DNA from: Eledone cirrhosa | Lineage: Eukaryota | DNA: 64,000 nucleotides | Assembly: GCA_964016885.1 (NCBI GenBank) | Contig: OZ024743.1 | Location: 46,624,001-46,688,000 of the forward strand | Direction of reading: 5' to 3' | Shown here: in pieces, positions 54,775-64,000 of the stretch | Position numbering within the stretch: the stretch's first letter is position 1 | Layout of the letters: every line of letters starts with the position of its first letter | Position numbers and translations under genes: made by a program | The notes under the pieces: model-generated | Seen by the model: the letters and a program-made list of their open reading frames with translations, nothing else | What the model was told of the DNA's origin: nothing | Databases searched by the model: none

Positions 54775-55208
54775 CTGGATATTAAAAAGAAAAGTTTACA
54801 TTGTTGCAATACAAAGTATAAAATTCACATAAATCTACAATTGAAAAAATGAGGGGTGGGGTGGGTGCTACAAAATAAACAAATATACATCGAGATTTTT
54901 TAATGAGAAACAATATAATTTTGTAATGGGATGGAATATTGTTGCTTGAATTCACTCAAATTATCAAAACCATAGGAGGGGGCACAGAAACATTACAATG
55001 ATGGTATATTATATTAGTATAATGCTTACAAGTAGTTGGAAAAAAGTTTCAGATGATAGTCTTTCATCAAAAAGTAGATACAAGAAGAGAGGATGTTTTG
55101 TAGGGAGAAAAAAAAGGAGTGACAGACAAGAGATAAAAAAGGGGAAAAGAAAGGAGAGAGCGAAAAAAGGAGAAATATATATACACATGCACTCACTCTC
55201 TCTCTCTC

Positions 55209-55351
<143 letters not shown>

Positions 55352-55364
55352 AGAGAGAGAGAGA

Positions 55365-55416
<52 letters not shown>

Positions 55417-55598
55417 TCCACAAAGACAGCTTTGTTACACTTTAGTGGCAAAAAAAAAAAGGTAAATGGAGATACACAACCACACACAAACATAACTTTG
55501 TTGCAATTTAGTGAAGAAACCAAATATTATTCTCCCCATTGAGTAACAGGTTATGTACTATTAGTAACTATTTTATATTTGAAAGATTTTCAACAAAC

Positions 55599-56052
55599 CT
55601 GTAAGGAGATGGAATTGGCTGATCCACACCAAACTGTCCAATAGATGTAGACTGTTGCATATGAGATTGAGTTTGTTGTATGTGTTGCTCTTGTATTGCT
55701 GGTGAGATATGTTGGCTGTTGGAGAGAGGAGGAGTTGAAGGAGGTGGTGGCGGTGATGATGGTGGACCTGTGGGTGGTAAAGGAGGTGGTGGAGGTGGAA
55801 CTGATGGAGGTGCTGGAGGCAGTGGTGGTGGTGATGGAGGAGGATGTGGAGGAGGTGGTGGTGGCTGTTGTTGGTGGTGGTGGTGATGGTGGTGGTGTTG
55901 GTGTTGGTGTTGATGTTGGTGTTGGTGTTGGTGTGGGTGTGGGTGTGGGTGTGGGTGTTGGTGTTGGTGTTGGTGTTGGTGTTGAGAAAGTGATGATTGC
56001 TGTGGTGTTGGCTCTGAAGCAGCGTTTGATGAAGCAGCAAAGTTGTCATCTC
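55599..56052 (-). CDS. KMT2C/D: KMT2C/D-like low-complexity exon with poly-(HQ), (HP), poly-H and poly-P tracts, phase 1 to phase 2
   Basis: Acceptor ttttcatcttctatag| and donor |gtttgt; 454 nt, open; phases fit both neighbours. Confidence 0.8.
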
Positions 56053-56339
56053 CTATAGAAGATGAAAATATTGAAATAAATATTAAATTTATTCTTGCAA
56101 TAATAAACACAGTAAGATCATCTCAAGTTTTAACCCTTTTCACTAACATATTTCTAATGAAAAACACTGCCTACAATTTTTATATTTTGAAAATAATAAT
56201 AATTTTTAAAATGGAGTTTTTTTTTAGACTGTAACTAAGTTTCTCATTATTAAGCTAGTAAAAGGAATGGATCTCTATCATTGAAACAGGGGCTATTTCA
56301 GACAATTTGATTTCAAATAAGTTGATATCATTCCAGTAA

Positions 56340-57212
56340 TATTTCTTTGTATGATGCCTGTATATGAACAGCAATGCTACATGGCAGTGAGACATGGGCA
56401 TTGCGTGCAGAGGACCTGCGCAGACTGGAAAGGAACGAAGCATGCATACTCTGTTGGATGTGTAATAGTAATATACGTGAATGGCAAAGCATAAATGAAC
56501 TAAGTGAGAAATTAGGAATAAGAGGGATCAGATGTTGTTTACTTGAGAGAAGACTACGTTGGTATAGTCCCGTGATGCGCATGAGAGAAGACTACATTGC
56601 TATGGTCCCGTGATGCGTATGAAAGACGACAGCTGTATAAAAAAGTGCAGGGCGATCAAAATTGATGGTAGTTACGGAGTAGGTAGACCCAGAAAAACCT
56701 GGGACGATTTGATAAATTCCGACCTTACACACTTTCACCTTTCTAAGACAATGTCACTGGACCGAGATCTTTGGCGCTACGCAGTAATACAGAAGACCCG
56801 CCTTGCCTAAGTACAAAGCGAAACCTACAGTCAGTAGGCACCTCTTAACCAAATATACACCCAATCCACTACCCCTACCCTATCCTACCACTAACACCAC
56901 CCTCTCTCTGTAAAGTTGGTACCACAACATCCAGTCCAAATAAATGGGATAATGAGATCGAGATTGAGATCATGTAGGTGTCACAACAAAAAAAAACACA
57001 GTCCATGCTGTAATGTGGCCGTGTAGGTAACACGGTAAAAAGTTCCCAGTTCCACACTGTAAATGTGGTTGGTGTTAGGAAGGGCATCCAGCCGTAGAAA
57101 ACCTATATGAGCGAGACACAGTCACCCGACCAACCTTGCCTCAAGTGGGACAACTCCCGTCAAACCCATGCTAGCATGGCAGATGGACGTTAAATGAAGA
57201 TGAAGATGATGC
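56340..57212 (+). mobile_element. RTE subfamily A 3' fragment
   Basis: MLHGSETWALRAEDLRRLERNEAC...KTRLA, with the modular 3' UTR and a (TGA)-type tail. Confidence 0.9.
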
Positions 57213-57557
57213 TATGATAATTACTTTTATTCAAAAATATTACATTAGGATCAAACAAATTCAGAAAAAAACCTCATAACATTCTCCTAAGTGCTGAGTA
57301 AAAGTTTTACTTCTATATTTTTTAACAATTTTGAATCTATTTAATATAATTTAAATGTAAAAATGATATCCTTGTGATTGATATTAAATAATTAACGTAT
57401 TTCCCGTCCTCCAAAAATTTGGAAAATAATAATAAACAACCCTCGGCTTGCAGGACGCATGGTAGATTTTTGAGATTTATTTTAGGAAAAAAGCAGCATC
57501 TTTGATGCCGGGAATTACGGTAACTGTTTAGAAATGTTTTAACAGTATTTTATTTAC

Positions 57558-57647
57558 CTGTTGTCTGAGATCCTTCTTGATTTCCTTCTGAACTTAACAC
57601 ACCTTTAAATATATCTTCTACTATTTTACTGTCAATGTGAGCAAGAC
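57558..57647 (-). CDS. KMT2C/D: KMT2C/D-like exon (GLAHIDSKIVEDIFKGVLSSEGNQEGSQTT), phase 1 to phase 1
   Basis: Acceptor ttttgttacag| and donor |gtaaat; 90 nt; the VEDIFKGVL segment resembles the conserved stretch upstream of the KMT2C/D HMG region. Confidence 0.8.
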
Positions 57648-57769
57648 CTGTAACAAAATTCAAAAACATTTTCTCATTTATATTCAATTTTACATTCCGA
57701 TATGTGCCTACAACAAGCATTTTAAGGCCATTTTCCCTACTAAATAGCAAGTAACTTCGTCAGTCTCAT

Positions 57770-58790
57770 AACAAGCTACTCCATCATCTTTATCCCTGTC
57801 TTCTTTCTTGGTCTTTCCCCATCCTCTACCTCTCTCCACATTCATTTCCATTGCTCCCTTCACCCAATCACTTTGATTTTTCCTCAACACATGACCCATC
57901 TTATTCCATTTCTCTTCAAAAAATTCTTCACTAACTGTATTCTCATCATCCTCAGAAATTCATTGTTTGTCTTTCTTTCTCTCAGCAATACTGGACCATT
58001 CCCATTCTCTTTCTTTCCAACTTTCTCTACTGCTCCACATGTATTACCCATGTCTCGTTCCCATAAATCATGGCACTTCTCATGTATGCAGAAATACACC
58101 TTTCCCTTCAGTTTCAATTACAATCCTCTCCTGATGAGCATGCAACTACTTCCATCTCACTCTACATACTGCCATGGTGTTTGATTCCCTCTTTTCCAGT
58201 CAATATGAATCCTAAGTAAGGAAACATATTCACATTTTCCATCCTCGCACTATTCCCAAGATCCAACTCAACATTTTCTTTACCTCTAACTTCCCACATA
58301 TACACTTTACACTTAAATGTAGCTACCAAATTATTTAATAATTCCTTCCTCACCACTACATTTTCAATGTACCACCCACCCAAAAGCATATCATATATTT
58401 AATGGAGTTCACTCAAACACCTTTACTACACATTGCGAACAGTCAACTTCCTGTTCTTTCCACCACACCAAATACTTTACCACTTATGATCACCTTTGTT
58501 TTTCTAATATTCACCTTCATACCTTTTGCCATCATACAATGCTTCCACTGATCATCTCCCTCAGTCTATCCATTCTGTCTACTATTAACACCAGGTATAC
58601 AGTAACTCCTATGATAAGCTCTCCCATACCTTTCCCATCCTTCATCCTTACGATTGTATGTATTTCCTCATACACTACTCTAACCAATCATTCCTCCACT
58701 CATAAAGCTTTCTCCAGATCAACAAACCCCCCAAAAAATTCTTCCTTTTATCTGTGTACTTCTTTTGTAATAATCCAATGTGTCTATAAA
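57770..58790 (-). pseudogene. Highly decayed RTE RT and C-terminal fragments
   Basis: MGHVLRK..DWVKGAMEMNVERGRG and VNMFPYLG remnants; similar old fragments at 1720-1960, 2780-2985 and 47400-47580. Confidence 0.6.
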
Positions 58791-59055
58791 TTATAATTTC
58801 AATCTCATCTAAACAATAAGAAATATTTCTATCTGGTTATGACAATGATACTCATCATGGAAAGGAGTGATGTAAATGAATGTGAAGGAAGTAGAGAAAG
58901 GATAAGATCAAGAAAAATATGACTAAAAATGATGGAGGAGGAAACGAAAGATAAGGGGATTCATGATGAGGCAAAAATGGAGAAGCTTATTAAGGAGTCC
59001 ACACGGTCAGCCTCTCTTTTATCAGGGAAAAATTACCTTAATCCTTTAGCATTTA

Positions 59056-59142
<87 letters not shown>

Positions 59143-59146
59143 GACA

Positions 59147-59690
59147 AAAGGACAACAGCTGTATAAAAAAAAGTGCTGAGCATTCAAAATTGATGGTAGC
59201 TACAGAGTAGGCAGACCAAGAAAAACTTGGGGGGAAGGTGATAAAAACTGACCTTGCTCACTCTCTAAGACCATGTCACTGGATCGAGATATTTGGCGAT
59301 ATGCAGTTATACAGAAAACTCGCCTTCCCTTGCATACAAACTTAAACCTAGTCAGTAGGCACCGCTTAACCCAATATACACTCCACCCCACACACCCTAC
59401 TCCATCCTCCCATTTCCATCCTCTGTAAAGTGGTCATGTAGGTGACATGACAAAAAGCACCCAGTCCACACTGTACAGTGGTCGTGTAGGAGACACGGTA
59501 AAAAGGCTCCCAGACCACACTGTGAATGTGGTTGGTGTTAGGAAGGGCATCTAGTTGTAGAAAACTTGCCAGTGACAGTTCTGTACGAGCAAGACAGTCT
59601 CCCAACCAATCTCGTCTTAAGGGGGACAAAACTGCCCAACCCATGCTAGCGTGGAAGATGGATGTTAAACGATAATGATGATGATGAAGA
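59147..59690 (+). mobile_element. RTE 3' fragment nested, with a (CT)n(TA)n tract, inside a family-1 MITE (59038-59886)
   Basis: KDNSCIKK... remnant, UTR modules and (TGA)n tail; the MITE halves resume on either side. Confidence 0.8.
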
Positions 59691-60502
59691 TACTATTGTA
59701 ATTTTGTGGTTAAGGCTTTATCTTGCCTAATTATCTCACATAATTTCGAATCTATGAGATTTTGATATTATTCATTTTGAGAACAATACCTTAACATCAC
59801 TATGAGTGGTCAGTTACAGCTGTTTTGAACAGAGAGGGGTGAGAAAATTCTGGCTGAATACAGCCAGTTTAAATGCTAAAGGATTAAAATGTTTGTTGTT
59901 GTTGTTGTTAATTATGATAATAATGATGATGAATGAAAACAACTGGTTCAACATAATAGTTTCAAAATCAGGAAAATCTGTCACAGCATTGGGTTGACAA
60001 TTGAGATAAATTGCTAACACCAATTCCATTCTGTTTATTACAAAAGTCTATTATTACAGAACTGAGAGATTCTTTACATTTAAAGTGTGTAACATTGGAT
60101 TGGTGGTGTCTTAGCACTTTCAAAACTATCTTTCTAACTATGTTTCAATTAAATTCGAAAATAATCATGAATTCAGACTGGTTTTGTAAAACAGCCATAA
60201 ATTTTTAATTCAATGGAATTGTGAGAGTGCCTTTATGACATGTGCCATACCTCGGGCTTTTTTTAAACCTGACCACATCAATCACTCACTTAAGTGCAAT
60301 TACTTTCAGAGAGGTGACCCCAGTCCTGGACTGGCTTTGCTTTTTAATTAACTTCAAAAGAATAAAATCCAAAGTAGCATCGGCAGGATTTGAACTTAGA
60401 ACACAGAAAGCTCGGATGAATACCACATAATGTTCTATCTGACACCCTAATGACTCTACCAATTTACTATCTATTCCTAATAATACATAAAAAATGGCTT
60501 AC

Positions 60503-60640
60503 CTTCAGATAGCATCTTACCAACGTCTAATGCAGGATTGAGCATTTGTTCTAAATTTTCAGAAATACTATCTTTATTTTCTGAACAATTACTTGTCACT
60601 TCTGTATGAGAATCCAAATTATCTTTTTCCATAGGAATAT
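60503..60640 (-). CDS. KMT2C/D: KMT2C/D-like internal coding exon (DIPMEKDNLDSHTE...MLSE), phase 1 to phase 1
   Basis: Acceptor ttttttctttcaaacccag| and donor |gtaagc; 138-nt open frame; phase matches the next exon. Confidence 0.75.
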
Positions 60641-60724
60641 CTGGGTTTGAAAGAAAAAAAAGTAAAGACAATATTACTTTAATACAAATGGAATTTCATG
60701 TAAAAATAATTAACATTATAAAAT

Positions 60725-60786
<62 letters not shown>

Positions 60787-60814
60787 TGCGCGTGCGCGTG
60801 CGCGTGTGCGTGTG

Positions 60815-60954
<140 letters not shown>

Positions 60955-61569
60955 ATACACACACACAGATTATAGAATTTAATCAAAGCTGCAAGAAATG
61001 TGTATGCAAACACATACTTTTATATATATATATATATATTTATGTGCTTGTGTACTGTGGGTAGGTAGAACTTATATTTGTTAATTGCAGAGAAAGCATT
61101 TATTGAGGTGATTGATCAGTTCAACACCTTAAAGTGTCTGTGGTTTCATCCCAGTTGGAAACATATTCGGCCCAAAGACTCACAACTGGGATAATACCAC
61201 TAGTCACTAGCAGTGTACCATCCAATTACCTCAATAAAAGTGTGCGCGTGTGTGTGTGCATACTCTCACTTTCTCTCCCTCTCTCTTAATATAATAATTT
61301 TATACAAAAAGCCTGATTTTTAAAAATTAACTGTAAAATCCATTAAAGTAGTAACATACCAATAAGTAAATTCTGACAAGGGTTCAATTACAAAACATTA
61401 TAAGATTAACAACTGGTCAAGGTTATATCATAAATAATTTCTTCCTAAGGACACATTTCTGTTTTACTAGGCTATTAAATATTTGTAATATATACAAAAA
61501 TGAGAAAGAAATATACAAACATTTTCTTTACCTAATATAGGAAGACAAATAATTGAAAACAAGATTTTA

Positions 61570-61632
<63 letters not shown>

Positions 61633-61636
61633 CGCG

Positions 61637-61727
<91 letters not shown>

Positions 61728-64000
61728 TTAGCATACATATTTATCTTAAATTCTACTTTACCCTTTCATTGCCATATTCCTAATAAAAACCTACAGCCTA
61801 TGAATTTTTAAAATAATGAAGAATATAACTTTTTCATTAACGTGTTGTCTGAAATTAATTTAGTAAAATTTTCTTACATAATATTATGATGGATGGTAAT
61901 AAACAGATTTGCTTCATAGAACCTGGGGTGGTTTCTAGGAGTTTGGTATTGAAATAATTTTTTTTTAAATTATAATTTATTTCCTTTTTTAAATTAGTGT
62001 GAAATCTATGCAGCTAGTAAAGAAATAAAGTTTTGACTAATAATTCACAGTAATTTGTACATTTTCAACTTTAATATTATTCTTATCATTATCTAGTGCT
62101 GAAGTCTTGATAAAATATACCCAGTACACTCTGTAAAGTATTTGGCAATTGGAGACTTTGTCATCTCCTCAGATTGCTGAAGCTCACAGAGGAGATGACG
62201 AAGGACCGTGACAAGTGTAGAGATGCTGTGCTGAACAGGACCCATCCCACCCTTGCAAGCAGGGAAAAGCGGACGTAAAATGATGACGATAATGTAGATA
62301 GGGAAGAGAGGAGCTCTCCATTTAGTAGTGGTGCCGCAATTAAATACAGCCAGTACATCCTGTAAGCTGGTTGGCATCAGGCAGAGCATCCAGCTATAGA
62401 AACCATGTCAAATAAGGAATGCATAAGATGTCACTCTGACCCATCTAGTCTCAGACTATGACAACTTATCCAGCTCATGCCAGCATAAAAAACAAGCATA
62501 AAATGATAAGGATGATATCTGAGTATAAAATTTTTGTAGAAACAAAGTGATTAAGAAAATATATTGAACTACCAGCATAGATATATTCCACAAATATATC
62601 TCTATGCTCATCAATACACTGACCTCTCAGAAATACATACCAAATAGACTGGAAAGATGAAAGGGGAAAATAATTTCAATAGGATATATCAATAGACTCA
62701 TGTTTCATCAAGGAGAAGATTCATTTATGATTCTCATAGTCACATCAACCTATTTAACTGTTTTAAAGTGTTCATATCTTAAATTAATACCTTCCATCAT
62801 AATTTTATGCAAGAAATTTTCTTTCACTTACATTCCAAACACCAGCTTTATAATCAATAAGTTAGTTATTCCTTCCAAATTCTTGCATATTTTCAAAATG
62901 AATTGAAATACATAACTAAATTGGGGTAATATTAGTTACACATTTATAACCTTTTTTTTAAAAATTTATGTAATTGAAATGCTAACAAAATTAGATATAA
63001 TTTTTAATAATATTAACAAGCTGAAAATCTTAATCAAATTATAATTTATTATATTTTATCAAAATAACAACAGCTAACACATGTAAATAAAAAAAGTAAT
63101 AATACAAATACAATAACCATATAGGTAAATTAAAATCATAAAAAGCAAAAGAGAAGAATAAATATTAGTCTAAAAAAAAATTTAAATTAGAACAATCATT
63201 ATTAAAAAAGGGGTGAAAAAAAAATCAATTTATAATCATAAAATAAAACATCCATGATGGCGAAATACAACCTGGTAAAAAGAATATACATAATCAAAGT
63301 TTCAATTAAATATCTGACAACATTTCTTTTTTCAAGGAAAGGAAAGAAGTCAATCATCAGATCAGATTAAGGAAACTGTTTTCTTTTGTTTTTCTCATCA
63401 CTGATACTATCTGCCGATTGCAACTCTTGCTTTTCCTTGAACTTGAAATCACAGAACTGGAACAGATATATCACAAAATATATCCTCTGAAACTTTAACA
63501 ATTCCACCAATCCTGAACTGTGAGTAAGATGAGGTCTCTCTGACCTTCTGAACTGGTACATTTTTTTTTATCAACCTCAAAAGGATGAAAGACAAAATTG
63601 ATCTTGGCAGGATTTGAACAAGTGCAGAGAGTAAAAACAAATAACACAACATTTAATCCAGTGCTCTAACAACTCTTCAAATTCAAGTTTGTTTTGTTTT
63701 TTTCCTTTTAATTGTTCAATCTTATGGAAATAGAATGTTGGAGAAATCATCCATGGATAAATCATATTCATTTCTACCAACACCACCAGCCAATAATTTC
63801 CTTCGGTATGATTTCCATCATACTGTATTTATTTCATCATTATCAAATACAACTATCTTTCTACTGTTGAGGCTACAATAAATATACTCAAGTCTCCTTG
63901 TAATGTGGTTCACAAATGAGAAAATGTATAGTAACGAGGACTTTTTGTTTTTGTTGAGAACTTGACACTCTCTCTAGTGTTGGTGCTATGATAAAATACA

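Noticed and set aside
63367-63561. Possible upstream KMT2C/D exon (FKEKQELQSADSISDEK)
   Set aside because: No donor site before the stop codon and no recognisable similarity.

Overview
AT-rich, microsatellite-dense eukaryotic DNA. The repeat content (tRNA-derived SINEs, RTE/CR1 LINEs, long (TA)n and (CA)n tracts) suggests a coleoid cephalopod such as Octopus; this is an inference. The whole window lies inside one minus-strand gene, a KMT2C/KMT2D (MLL3/4) histone H3K4 methyltransferase orthologue. I can reconstruct ten phase-compatible GT-AG coding exons, including the HMG-box region and a 2.84-kb polyglutamine exon. A ~40-kb intron (8616-48603) holds a ~20-kb retroelement pile-up in which nearly every insertion sits in a (TA)n tract. 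It contains three related RTE LINE subfamilies, all with a C4HC3 PHD finger inserted inside the reverse transcriptase, plus a CR1-group LINE and composite SINEs. Elsewhere there are mariner/DD37D fossils, TTAA (piggyBac-type) MITEs and a candidate solo LTR. The most notable non-coding observations are: a complete type I hammerhead ribozyme fold with a long structured helix II (11583-11712, + strand); a perfect 152-bp-arm palindrome (19528-19841); a chimeric RTE whose junction deletes exactly the YADD motif; internal repeats of the 5' terminus in both long RTE copies; and a covarying 3'-UTR hairpin module shared between RTEs and SINEs.
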